NCBI RefSeq assembly: GCF_009914755.1 | Contig: NC_060929.1 | Length of the DNA stretch: 64,000 nt | Strand: one strand, 5' to 3' | Source of the DNA: the human T2T-CHM13v2.0 reference genome, Homo sapiens | Shown: one piece after another, positions 12,187 to 24,864 of the stretch | Numbering within the stretch: position 1 is the first letter of the stretch | Layout: each line of letters opens with the position of its first letter | The notes under the pieces: model-generated | What the model saw: the letters and a program-made list of their open reading frames with translations, nothing else | Databases searched by the model: none | What the model was told of the DNA's origin: nothing | Program-made: the position numbers and the translations under genes

Positions 12187-13874
12187 GTAGCCAAACTTGA
12201 GGACAAAGAGAATTTTGAAATTAGCAAGAGAAGAGAAAAAACCTAGCAAAACCATCTTTTAAAAATTAAGGAGAGATTAAGTTTTCCCCATCCAAACAAT
12301 CACTGAAGGAGTTTTTTAGCATTGTACCTGCCTTACAAAAAATACTTAAGGGGATTCTTCAAATTGAAACAAAAATATGCTGAACAGCAAAGGAAAAGAA
12401 TATGAAAGCATAAATTTCATTGATGAAGGCAAATATGCAGAAATATGTAGATTAATGTAACGCTGTAATGGTAGTGTGTAATTTAGTTTTAACTCTATTA
12501 TAAAAGTTAAAAGATAAAAGTTTGTTTATAGATACACAATATAAAAAGAAACTGACTACAAGAATATAAATTATGTATATATGTGGGAGTAAAAGTACAG
12601 TGTTTTATATACTTAAAACAGAGAATTACAGCTACAAGCTATTTTATGCAAGCTTTGAGCTGATCACAGGAGAAAAGTCTCTAATACAGAAAGAAGAAAA
12701 AGGATGAAAGCAAATTACTAAAAAAATTATCAAATAACAAGGACATATGGCAACAGAGGAAAAGAATGAGAAAACAACCACAAAATAGAAAACAACAAGA
12801 TGGCAGTACTAAGTTATCTCCTATTAATAATAACCATAAATGTAAATGGATTAAATTCACCAATCAAATGGGACAGCTTGGATGAATGAATTAAACAAAA
12901 TACAATATCCAGTGATATGCCATTTACAAGAGACTCACTTTAGATTTAAAGACTTGAAGCAGCTGAAAGTAAGAGGATAAGAAAGCTATTTCACATAAAT
13001 GGTAAACAAAGACAACAAAAGTGGCTATACTTACATCATAAACAATATATGTAAAGTACAAAATGATCTCTAAAGACTAATGTCATTATGAAACGATAAA
13101 AGGTCAATTCAATAGGAAGATATAACAGTTATAAATATATAAACACTCAATATCAGAGCACTTGTATATAAAGCAAATACTGCCAAATCTGAAGATAGAA
13201 ATCAACAGCAAAACAATAAAAGTAGAGGATCTCAATATCACACTTAAAATATTGAATAGAACATCCAGACAGAAAATCAATAAACAGCTGCCTTGAACAA
13301 CAATATACCAAATGGACCTAACAGATATATACAGAACTTTCTACCCAACAGGAGATGGGCACTCATTCTTCTCAAATGCATGTAGAGCATTCTCTGGGAT
13401 AGAACATGGGTTAGATCATAAAACAAGCCTTAACAAATTTAAGAAGATCAAAATCATGCCAAGTATCTTTTCTGAACACAGTGAAATGAAACTAGAAACC
13501 AAAAACAGCAAGAAAATAGAAACATTTACAAATACCAGGAAACTAAACAACACACTATTGAATAGCCATTGGATCAAAGAGGAAATCAAAAGGGAATTTA
13601 AAAAGTATCTTGAGATAAACAAAAATAATACAACATACCAGTAGCTATGGGATGCAACAAAAACAGTACTAACAGGAAAATTTATTGTGGTAAACCACTG
13701 CATTAATAAAGGAGAAATATCTCAGGTAAAATAATCTAACTTTATACTTCAAATAATTAGAAAAAGAAGCAAAAGCTAAGCCCGAAGTTAGGAGAAGGAA
13801 GAAAATAATAAAAATTAAAGCAGAAATAAATCAAGTAGAGAATGAGAAAACTACAGGAAAAAATCAGCAAAATC

Positions 13875-16436
13875 TTTTTTTTAATTTTCAATTTTTATAT
13901 TTTGTAGGTACATTCTAGTTGTATATATTTATGGGATACATGAGATGTTTTGATACAGACATCCAATGTGTAACAATCACATCATGGAAGATGGGTTATC
14001 CATCCCCTCAAACATTTTTCCTTTGTGTTAAAAACAGTCCAATTATATTCTTTTAGTTATTTAAAAATGTACAATTTAATTATTATTGACTCCAGTCACC
14101 CTGTTGTGCTTTCAAATACAAGGCCTCATTCATTTCTTCTAACATTTTTTTGTACCCATTAATCATCCCCACCTCTTTGTCACCCCTCACCCACTACCAT
14201 TCCCAGCCTGTGGTAACCATCCTTCTACTCTATATCCATGGGTTCAATTGCTTTTATTTTTGGATCTCACAAGTAGGTGAGAACATGCAGTGTTTATCTT
14301 TCTGTGCCCAGCTTATTTCACATAACATAATGACCTCTGGTTCCATCCATGTTGTTGAAATGACTGAATCTCATTCTTTTTTTTATGGTACTCCATTGTG
14401 TATATGCGTGACATTCTCTTTATCCATTCATCTGTTGATGAACACTTAGTTTGCATTCAAATCTTGGCTATTGTGAACATAACTGCAACAAACATGGGGT
14501 GCAGCTATTTCCTTCATATATTTATTCCCTAGGTTTTGGGTATAAACCCAGTAGTGGGATTGATGGATCATATGGTAGTTCTATTTTCAATTTTTTGAAG
14601 AACATGCAAGCTGTTCTCCACAGTGGTTGTAATAATTTACATTCCCACCAACAGTGTATGAGGTTTCCCTTTTCTCCATATTCTTGCCAGCACTTGTTAT
14701 TGCCTGTCTTTTGGATATAAGCCCTTTTAATTGGGGGTGAGATAATATCTCATTGAAGTTTTGATTTGTATTTCTCTAATGATTAATGATGTTAATCACC
14801 TTTATCTATGTCTCTTTGCCATTTATATGTCTTCTGCTGAGAAATGTCTACTCAAATCTTGCCGATTTTTAAAACAGTTTATTAATTTTTTTTCCTATAG
14901 AGTTGTTTGAGATTCTTACATATTCTTGTTATTATACCATTGTTAAATGAGTAGTTTGCAAATATATATTCTCTCATTCTGTGGGTTGTCTCTTTACTTT
15001 GCTGTTTTTTTTAATTATTATTTTTTCTGCGCAGAAGCTTTTTAACTTGATGTGATACCATTTGTTTATTTTTGCTTTGGTTGCCTGTGCTTGTGGGGTA
15101 TTGCTCAAGAAATTTTTGCCCACTCCAATGTTCTAGAGAGTGTCTCCAATGTTTTCTTGAGTAGTTTTATAGTTTGACGTCTTAGATTTAAGTATTTAAT
15201 AGATTTTGATTTAATTTTTGTATGTAGTGAGATATAGGGGTCTAGTTTCATTCTTCTGCAAATGGATATTCAGTTTTCCCAGCACCATTTATTGAAGAGA
15301 CTGTCTTTTCCCTAGTGTATATTCTTGGTAACTCGGTTGAAAATTATTTCACTGTAGGTGTTTGGATTTGCTTTTGTGTTCCCTATCCTGTTCCATTGGT
15401 CCATATGTCTGTGTTTATGCCATTACCATGCTGTTTTGGTTACTGTAGCTCTGTAGTATAATTTGAAATCAGGTAATGGGATTGCTCCAGTTTTGTTCCT
15501 CTTGCTTAGGATAGCTTTGGCTATTCTGGGCCTTTTGTGGTTCTATATAAAATTTAGGATTGTTTTTTCTATTTCTGTGAAGAATGCCATTGGAATTTTG
15601 ATAGAGATTGCATTGAACCCTTAGACAATATTGATTCTTCCAATCCATGAACATGAATATCTGTTCATTTTTTGGTGTCCTCTTCAATTTCTTTCATCAG
15701 TGTTTTATAGTTTTTATGATAGAGATCTTTTAATTCTTTGGCTAAGTCGATTCTCAGGTATGAAATTTTATTTGTGACTATTGTAAATGGGACTACATTT
15801 TAAATTTCTTTTTCAGTTTGGTCACTGTTGGTATACAGAAATGGTACTGATTTTATCATGTTGATTTGGTATCCTGCAACTTTACTTAATTTGTGTATTA
15901 GCTTTAATAATTTTTTGTGTAGTCTTTAGGTTTTTCCAAATATGAGATCATATCACCTGCAAATGAGAAAAATTTGACTTTCTTTACAATCTGAATGTGA
16001 GCTATATCTTTCTTTTGTCTGATTGCTCTAGTTAGGACTTCCAGTACTATGCTGAATAACAGTGGTGACAGTGGACGTCCTTGTCAAGTTTCAGATCTTA
16101 GAGGAAAGGCTTTCAGTTTTTCTCCATTCAGCATGAAACTAGCTGTGGGTCTGCCATATATGGCTTTTATTATGTTGAGTATGTTCTATCTATACGCAGT
16201 TTTTTTAGAGTTTTTATCATGAAATAATGTTAAATTTTAGCAAATAGTTTTTCAGCTTCAATTAAAATAATCATACGGTCTTTGTTCCTCAGTCTGTTGA
16301 TATGACGTATCACATTGATTGATTTGCATTTGTTGAACCATCCTTGTATTCCAAGAATAAATCCCACTTTGTCATGATGAATGATCTTTTTAATGTGTTG
16401 GCGAATTCACTTTGCTGATATTTTGTTGAAAATTTT
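13875..16436 (-). mobile_element. 5'-truncated L1MA2/3-like element, antisense within the L1MA host
   Basis: T-rich tail then tgtaggtaca...tatatatttatgggatacatgagatgttttgatacag 3' UTR and ORF2 antisense; the host ORF2 resumes at ~16439. Confidence 0.85.
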
Positions 16437-16894
16437 TTAAGCAGTTGTTTTTTAGAAAAGAAAAAACAATTGAAAAACCTTTAGCTAGACCACCTAAAAT
16501 AGGAGAGAATGGACTCAAATAATAGAATCAAAAATGAAAGAGGAAACATTACAATACGTGCCTCATAATTAAAATGGGTCTTAAGGGACTACTATGAGCA
16601 ATTATATGCCAACCAACTGGATAACCAAGAAGTCATAGATAAACTCCTGGAAACACACAACCTGCCACAACTGAATCAATAAGAAACAGCCCTAACAGAC
16701 TGATAACAAATAAAGAGATTTAATCGGCAATAGGAAAATCCCCCAAAAAAGAAACACCTGGGACCAGATGGCTTCACAGATTGACTCTACCAAATATTCA
16801 AAGAAGCATTCATATAAATCCTCTTTAAACTACTCCATTAATTTAAAAAGGGAACACTTTAAAACTCATTCTATAAGGCCAATGTCATAATGTG

Positions 16895-16949
16895 TTAGGT
16901 TGGTGTAAAAGTAATTGTGGTTTTTGCCATTAATTTTAAACCAACCTAA
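16895..16949. mobile_element. MADE1 (Hsmar1-derived MITE), internally deleted
   Basis: ttaggttggtgtaaaagtaattgtggtttttgccatt...ccaacctaa followed by TA; most of one inverted arm is missing. Confidence 0.85.
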
Positions 16950-18211
16950 TATAAAAACCAGACAAAGACACTATAAGGAAAAAAACCCTACAGGTCAACA
17001 TCCGTGATAAACATAGATGCAAACATTCTTAATAAAATACTAGCAAACTAAATTCAGTAGTACATTAAAATAATCTCACAGCATGGCCAAGCATAATTTA
17101 TCCATGGGATGCAAGAATGGTCAGCATATGCAAATCAATGGAAGTGCTATTCCACATGAACAAAATGAAAAAAAAAAAATCATCTCAATAGATACAGAGA
17201 GGGCATTTGACAAAACTCAACATCTATTCATGATTAAAACTCTTAGCAAAATAGGTATAGAAGAAGCTTACCTCAACACAATAAAGGCCATATACTCTAA
17301 GCCCACAGTTAACATCATACTCAATAGGGAAAAGTAGAAAACTTTTCTCCTAAGATCAAGAACAAGATAAGGAGGCCCACTCTAATCACTTTTATTCTAC
17401 ATATTTCTGGATGTCTTAGCCAGAACAAGTAGAAAAGAAAAAAAAAGGTATTCCAATAAAAAAGGAAGAAGTAAAGTTATATCCATTTGCAGACAACATG
17501 ACCACAGAAAACCCTAAAGAGTAGATTTCAATTGCTCTTAAAAAAATACAAAAAAGTATCTTTGTGAGGTAAAAAAGAAGAGAAAGCCCTACAACACAAC
17601 AAAAAACCCTGTAATAACAAACAAGTTCACTAAAGTTGCAGGATACAAAATGAACATATAAAAATTGTGTTTCTATACAAAAATAATACACTATCCAAAA
17701 GGAAATTTAGAAAGCAATCTCATAATCACAAAAAGAATAAAACACTTGGAAATGAACTTAACTAAAGAGGTAAAAAGTTTGTATACTAAAAATTATAAAT
17801 AATTGATAAAGGAAATTGAAGAAGATACAGAGAAATGGAAAAATTATTCCCTGTTCAGGGATTGGAAGTCTTAATATTGTTAAAATGTCTATTCATGCTA
17901 CCCAAGATGATGTATAAATTCAACACAATTCCTACCAAAATCCCAATTATGTTTTTACAGAAAGACAAAACCAATGCCAACATTCATGTGGAACCACAAA
18001 AGACCCCAAATAGCCAAAACAATCTTGAGCAAGAACAAAGCAAGAGACGTCATGCTTCCTGATTTCAAAATGTGTTACGAAATTATCAAAACAATATGGT
18101 ACTGGCAGGAAAGAACAGATATATAGATCAATGAAACAGAACCTAGAGATAAAAGATAAATCTATCAATCTATGATTCTTTGATCTTTGTTTGCTCAAGG
18201 GTGCCAAGAAT

Positions 18212-18380
18212 GGCTACAGGCGCCCACCACCACGCCAGGCTAATTTTTTGTATATTTAGTAGAGACGGGGTTTCACCATGTTAGCCAGGATGACCTGGTC
18301 TCGATCTCCTGACCTCGTGATCCGTCCGCCTTGGCCTTCCAAAGTGCTGGGATTACAGGTGTGAGCCACCACGCCCTGCC
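18212..18380 (-). mobile_element. AluY/Sc fragment lacking its 3' part and poly(A)
   Basis: ctacaggcgcccaccaccacg...ttagccaggatg...tctcgatctcctgacctcgtgatcc...; abuts the L1 directly. Confidence 0.9.
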
Positions 18381-18589
18381 AGTACATTTTAAATACATAC
18401 AATTTTTAATTGTAAATGACACCTCACCAAGTTGGGGGGCTGAGGGAGTGGAGAAACGTTATGACCAGAGTTTTTCTCATTTAAAAATTGCATCGTTAGA
18501 ACAGTAGTGGAAGTTTATCTATTCAAAGAAAGAAACAGAATAAAAAAAAAAAAAATGTTACTGGCCTTGGCCCTCCTGAACTTCAGCTG

Positions 18590-18778
18590 AAAACTTTTTT
18601 CCAAACTGTAAACTAGGGAAATTGTACAGCTCATTTTCTTTATTTCTTGTCTTTCAGGGAGCACTGTCTTTCATTGTCTGATGTTTATTGCAAACCTGTT
18701 CTTTTCAGCTTTTTGTTGTTTCAGGTAAGTGTGTAAATCCAGTCACTGTTCCTTCAGCTGGGTTGGAAGTGGAAGTCT
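18590..18778 (-). mobile_element. Old L1M 5' end fragment
   Basis: gtaaatccagtcactgtt...ggaagtggaagtc resembles the antisense 5' terminus of L1MD/ME elements. Confidence 0.55.
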
Positions 18779-18802
18779 TCTTCTTAAGAGTACTGTGATG
18801 TT

Positions 18803-18980
18803 CTGTCCCATATTTGCCTTTCGCTCTGAGCAGAGCCTGAGTCAAGACTTAGGTGCAAGCAGTGTATTTGGAAGATGATTCCAGGAGGCAGGTGAAAGAG
18901 AGATAGTTGAAGGGAATGCCAATAAAAATGTTTTGTCGAGCTATGAGCTATTCCTCTTACTGACTATTCGAAATTACCAT
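18803..18980 (-). mobile_element. ERVL LTR16/LTR33-like fragment
   Basis: gcagagcctgagtcaagacttaggtgcaagcagtgtatttggaagatgattccagga. Confidence 0.55.
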
Positions 18981-20020
18981 GTCTCCAACAACTTTTTAAC
19001 TCATTTATGTCAATGTGAACTTTTAAAAAAAATAAATTAGATGTCCTTGTGGGTATTACTGTGCACAAAAATTAGCTTAGAGCTGCTTTATTTTTTATAT
19101 TAATATTCCATTTACTAAAATTTAAATGTAAAACTCTTAAAACTCTGATTTATCATTTAGCTTTTATCTACATATCTGATTATTTCCTTGGTAAAGCTAA
19201 TACATTTTAATGATTATATTAAAGGCAGTTTTACAAAAGGATTCAAATATATAACATATTTTACTATTTTTAAAATCTTTTATAATTTTAGTACATTTGA
19301 TTCTTATTTTAATGGGTATCATTTTCCTCATCCAAAATTAAAACAAAATTCCCACACTTAAAAATAATTATTGGAAATCTAGAAAATTAAACTTATGCCT
19401 TGGCTGACTCCAATTATTTTAAAGGTCTAATTGTTTTGTAAGCCTAGTGGAATTTCAAGTTAAAAATTGTGAGTATAAAACAATTACTTATATATTCATA
19501 TTAAGTTTAAATTATAAACTAATCTGCTACCACAATAAGAAAAAGTGTCTTAAAAGCTACATAAACTAAAAACATAAAATATGAGAATTTTTCTTTAATA
19601 CAGAATTATCACTATTAAAGATTTAATTACTTTTGTCATTAATATTTAATTTTAAAACTTTAACAGTAAAATATGCTTAACCAGTAGGGAATCAATAATA
19701 CCATTTTAAGAGGATTTTAGAATCTGTTTTCAGGCTTAGTTGTTTTTGGCTTAAATGCTCAGTTCACCTGGGAAATAGACTGCAATAACACATATCAAGC
19801 TGTTTGACAGTAATTTTATCTGCAAAGGCAGTAGTACTGAGAGAGGAGAAATGAAAGGGGGATTTTTCACTGTTTACTCCATTTACTTGTAGGTTGTTTG
19901 ATTTTTTTAAAATAAGCATGTTTTTATGTATGACAAGTAATTTCCTAAATTCCTCTTCACCATAGAAAACTTGGAACATGTACAATATGTTATCCCTTTA
20001 AAAAACGCTCAGTTGGCTTA

Positions 20021-20035
20021 GGTTGCGTGGCAACC
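20021..20035. promoter_or_regulatory. RFX X-box-like palindrome
   Basis: GGTTGC-GTG-GCAACC, a 6-bp inverted repeat with a retained CpG. Confidence 0.4.
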
Positions 20036-20274
20036 AAATATTAGGACAAGATAGGAAATCTTGGAGTAGCAGATTTTATCCATGATTCTACCTGCCAGGT
20101 GAGCCCATTTTTAAAAATAGTTGGTCCATAAATGAGGAGCTCTCTTATCCCATCTCTCCCTTATTAAACTGAAACATTCCTAAACTTCTGATTTACTGGA
20201 ATCCCCAGGTCGGTTTTTACAATCACCACATGAGTTTTACATATTGTATTCTATTAGCTTATACTATTGTAACA

Positions 20275-21250
20275 CTAATTCATCCTTTTAGAAATTACTT
20301 TTTGAGTGTTTACTATGTGCCCAGCATTGCTCTAGGTAATTGAGAATATTGTTGAGCAAGACAAAAATTCCTGCCTTGTAGAGCTTACACACTAACAGAA
20401 GGAAAGAAACACTGAATGACAAGGATGCCAAGTAAATAAAAGGTTTAGTAGGCACACATAAGTAAATTATTTGGTATGGTAGAAGGGGATAAGTGTTAAA
20501 AAAATAAAGAAAAAAATTGAACAGAATATGGGATTGTGAGTGCTGTGGAGAAAGTGTTGTCAGGATGCAAAAATTGTATAAGATGGTCAGGAAGGATCTC
20601 CTTAGTAGTTGTTATTTGAGAAAGAGTTTGAAGTAATTAAAGAAGCTAGTCAAGTGGTTATTAGGGGAAGAGTGGTCCAGGCAATGGGTACAGATAGAGC
20701 TAATGAGCTAGGGCTAAAGCATGCTTATTGCCTTTGATGAAAACAATGATTGGTGGGGCCAGAAAGCTGTCAGGGGAAAGATGAATACAGAGGGCATTGT
20801 AGATGATTGTCAGGGCTATGATATTATGATTCAGGATATGGAGAACCATGGCTGGGTTGAAGAATGACACAATCTGGCTTACGAATCCTTGTAGCTGCTG
20901 TATTGGGAATAGAATGTGGAATGGTTGGCAAGGAAAAATTAGAAAGACTTATTAGAAATCCATGGCAGTAATCCAAGAAAGAAAGAGTGGTTGCAAAGTC
21001 CAGATTGAAAGCATGTGGTGAGGATTATGGACATGATTTTAAGATTAACCTACCAAATCTCCTGGCAGATTGAATGTGGGATGTGAGAGAAAGGAGAGTG
21101 TCAATATGGCACCAAGTGAAATATGAGAAAATGGAAAGATGGGATTGTTATCAAGTAGGTTGGTGAGCATCTAGAGTACAATCTAGTACATGTTGAGAAT
21201 GAGCTTCCTACAGGACATCAAAAGAATGATTCAAATCAATAGCTGTAGTG
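20275..21250 (-). mobile_element. L2 LINE fragment
   Basis: ttgagtgtttactatgtgcccagcattgctctagg...cctgccttgtagagcttacac and purine-rich L2 antisense sequence. Confidence 0.8.
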
Positions 21251-21911
21251 ATGTTCAGAGCCCAATATGAAAACTTAGAATGTAGAAGAACAAAAATGAT
21301 GGGAGGGTTAGGGATCTTGGAGCAACTAACACAGAGAGAAATTGTGTCCGGTTATTGAGATGACTTCAGGTGACTCAGAGTAGTTAATAGTGATGAGGCT
21401 AACATAGGTAGAGATGAGGCAGGCTGGAGTCTTGGGGCCCCTCTTGATCTGTGATGACAACAGTTGAAGGCTATACACTCAGTATTACTCTTCACCAGGT
21501 TTGGGGAGACCCAGTCTAACTTGAGTGTGAACTTTGTCTCTTGAGTGACCTGAACACTTCCATGGAAGCTGCAGCTACCCCAGCTGTGACTCCTGTCACT
21601 CCTGATGAGAGTGACCTGAGGCCTAGTGCAGTGGCAATTTAATGCCTATTCTTGACCCTAAATGATGGTCTTACTGCTGGGACTTTTACCTTTAATTCAC
21701 TTCCTCCAGTCCATTTTCTATACCAGTGGTCTTCAAATTAGGGAGGGTAATGTCTAATTATTAAAATATATTAACTCTTCTATTTGCATTAGTTTTATAC
21801 AAAGCATTTTGTAGATTCAGGAGGTTCACAAAGATCATTAACATTTTTTTTTCCTCCTCTGATGCAACTACTTCTACCTTTTTTAGTTTACCATCTTACT
21901 ATTTGCCAATC

Positions 21912-22205
21912 TTTTTAGAGACAGAGTCTCGTTCTGTCACCCAGGCTAGAATACAGCAGCACAATCAAAGCTCACTTCAGCCTCAAACTCCTGGGCTTAA
22001 GCTGTTATCCTGCCTCAGCCTGTCGAGTAGCTAGAACTACAAATGCACACCACTACACTTGGCTATTTTTTTTTTTTTTTGTTAAGAGATGGGGTCTCGC
22101 TGTGTTGCCTAGGTGGGCTGGCCTTATACTCTTGGCCTCAAAGGATCCTCCCACTTTGGCCTCCCAAAGTGCTGGGATTACTGGCATGAGCCATTACACT
22201 CGGCT
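21912..22205 (-). mobile_element. AluJ
   Basis: Dimeric Alu with J-type positions (aaagctcacttcagcctcaaactcctgggctt); TSD ctattt(gc/at)caatctttt at 21899-21915 / 22207-22223. Confidence 0.93.
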
Positions 22206-22229
22206 CCTATTTATCAATCTTTTGTCATA

Positions 22230-22607
22230 ACAGAGAAAGGAGCTCTTGAATAGCTTCCATACTAATTTTTTAAAGCTTCTAGTTTTAGTTTTGTGTTTTT
22301 TCCTCACTTCTGTGAATTCCTAGTGCCTCAAATTTCTTAGTCTTTTGGAACTTTGCAGCATAAGTTAGGATGTTATAAAATGACTTTTCACACTTAGCTT
22401 TAGCTTAGCTTTAATTTCTCTTCCTAAGTCATTTATCCCTAGTCCTTGTACTTTTCAGCTTCCAACATTCTATTGCTGTGGTCTCCTCTCTATTTTTCTT
22501 TGTGGTTTAATGATATTCACGTTACATTTTTACTGTTATTTATTGGGGTTTGGGGAGACAGCCAAAGTAGATGTGTATGTTAAATATGATAACTTTACCT
22601 GGAAGTA
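22230..22607 (-). mobile_element. Old L1M/HAL1-like 5' fragment
   Basis: ttttactgttatt...ggggtttgggga...aagtagatgtgtatgtt...ctttacctggaagt terminus. Confidence 0.45.
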
Positions 22608-23699
22608 TTTTATGTGTATTAAAGTTATTAATATTCATGGCATATAATGATATAACTTATACTTGAAAACACATATATTTTACTGATAGGTTGCACAAGA
22701 CAAATATTGGAGATCAGTATTCACATTGGCCAGAGTGTTCCTTCTAATTTAATATATTATATTGATTGTAAATTGTGCCAGAGATTCTGCAGAGCTTGTA
22801 GATTTCCTACCAAACAAAACGTGTTCATGTGGAACATTAATTCCTCTATATTTGAGAGCAGACACAAATCTTTTTAAATAAAGAAGCTATTTAAATCCGG
22901 TGGGTGAGTATCAAGAACAGTGGGACATCTGTCCATTTAAATTATTGGAAAATTGAGCAATTCAAGACATCAAACACTCAGATGCTCTTATGCAGTAAAA
23001 TATGTACAATCTAATGATGCGGCTTTAGTGATGAGAAAGGGTCAGGTGAAGTACTGATCCTGTATTGATTCCCAGTTGTAGAAATCTTGTAATACCCTAA
23101 TTTCACAGATCTGCAATCTAGCTTCAGCATAATAATGTCTGTGACAATAGGGTGCCACTGGTACAGTGTCATAGAAACTGCTCACCTGGAAAGAATTCAC
23201 AAAAACATTTAGGTATACATATATAGGAATCAGATCAATTTCTATTTTTGAGAGCTCCTTGGTTAAACTTAAATCAGGTAGTTGAGACCACTATTTGCTT
23301 CAACTTTACATATGGCTTTAAAGTGTGTTTTTTTTTTCTACATATTATTGGATAACAGACTTTAGCTTTGACTATTGAGAAAGTTGGACTTTTTTTCTCC
23401 CTTTCAGGAACCAGATGGTGTATATTATTTGGGGCTAAATTGTTATGCCATGACAAAATGATTTTTTCTTTTTAAAATATTTATTTAAATTTTGTAATAA
23501 AAAGAGAAATCAAATAAATCTTGATCTTGGTCATTTCCTGTGGTCCTTCATCCTGTATTACATTAAGATGTAATGATACCTGAAGCATCCTCTTTCTGAA
23601 ACCACCATTCATTATGTAATTACAGTTCTGCAAGGTACCAGCCTTAAGCCAGCATAAGGCGTAAAATGAGTGAGCCTAGACTCCGCCTGCAACATGCTA

Positions 23700-24130
23700 C
23701 TGTACACCTCATGAAGAACCCTGGAAGTATGTTTAGAAGTAAAATATTTTAATGCAATTTAGTTTAGACTATATTTCTTTCATTCTGCCTTCCTATCACA
23801 CGTCCCTTCATGTAGGGTGGATCAGGTCCATTTGGGATTCAGCTAAGGGGAGGTAGAGACGGCAATACCATTGGTTTGTGTTCAGGGGGATATAATTGGG
23901 TGTGTCACAGTCATGTTCATGTATAGCTCAGTTGTTGTCATCTATTTCAGCATATCATTTCCTTTAGCACACAGCACTGGATATATATGAGTTGTAAAGA
24001 AACGCATTTTGAAATGTACAAAGCAGAAGCACGTCATTGGAAAATGTGTCTCATCATTGGATGTGTAAAACTTAAGTGCAAGATTTAGCTCTCACTGAGC
24101 TTGTTGAAACAGAGAACCTTTCCTTTAAAA
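23700..24130. mobile_element. hAT-Tip100 Zaphod/MER115-like DNA transposon fragment
   Basis: ttgggattcagctaagggga...tttgaaatgtacaaagcagaagc...ggaaaat...gatgtgtaaaacttaagtgc match recalled Zaphod motifs. Confidence 0.55.
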
Positions 24131-24864
24131 CCAGACTAAACAAAGCAGTAAATAAAATTATAAGCACACCACATTTTACTTTGGATGGAAATCATGTAAA
24201 ACACATTTTATCGGAGTTCTCAGGTTTTTAGGACACAAATGTGTGGCAGCTCTACAAATAGCAAGACTGTCTTTATATGGAGTCATAAGCTTTATGTATC
24301 TCAACATATCAGATCCTAGCGGATCTGACGCAATTTGGTCTGCTGAATTCTAATAGTTCAATATGAAACTGCAGGAAAAAATTGCCCCCAACATAGCAAA
24401 ATGGCCTAGCAGTCTTACATATTTCATCATTAAGTCAATATATGCTGTCTAAGAATGACTTTATTATACAAATATGTAGCTTAACCTCAAATAGTGACAA
24501 TTTGAGAGCACTGTTAAAAATAATTTTCAAAAGAAATTTAAAATCATGACTTCATGCAGATGGAAGAATGAATCTGTGTTAAGGATTTTATTTAACTCAT
24601 TAATTAGGAAACTGGGAAGATGTTTAACTAGCTCAAAGGGAAATCCAGAAAACATATTTAAAGATCAGGAATATGGAAATGAATGTGCAAATGGAAATAA
24701 AACTCTCTTCAGTCACAATGGGGGATAGAGGCTTTCCATGTCTACAGACAAGAATTTGAGTATTGCTATCAAATTCTTGTCTGTAGTATTGTAGGTTATA
24801 AATAACCTACAGAGCTATAAAATATCAGAATCAGAATAAGGTAACTCAGAAGGTGTGCTCTAGA

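Larger units (their letters stand above)
8160..18451 (+). mobile_element. L1MA (L1MA7-9-like) retaining both ends, decayed and multiply interrupted
   Basis: 5' start atcagcaagatggcagag; ORF1 remnants ~9200-9828 and 12110-12400; ORF2 endonuclease and downstream remnant (ORF 13312-13644 MDLTDIYRTF...); RT remnants 16440-18210; L1MA-type 3' tip ~18382-18430; TSD agaaac(a/g)ttatgac at 8146-8159 and 18452-18465. Confidence 0.85.

Noticed and set aside
13312-13644. L1 ORF1/ORF2 peptides (also 17083-17337, 27715-27957, 48327-48515, 49139-49489, 50344-50568)
   Set aside because: Short remnants of decayed L1s with many stops and frameshifts; not functional CDS.
21451-21553. C/D box snoRNA-like GTGATGA...CTGA
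   Set aside because: No terminal stem and no recognisable rRNA/snRNA guide; these boxes are common by chance.
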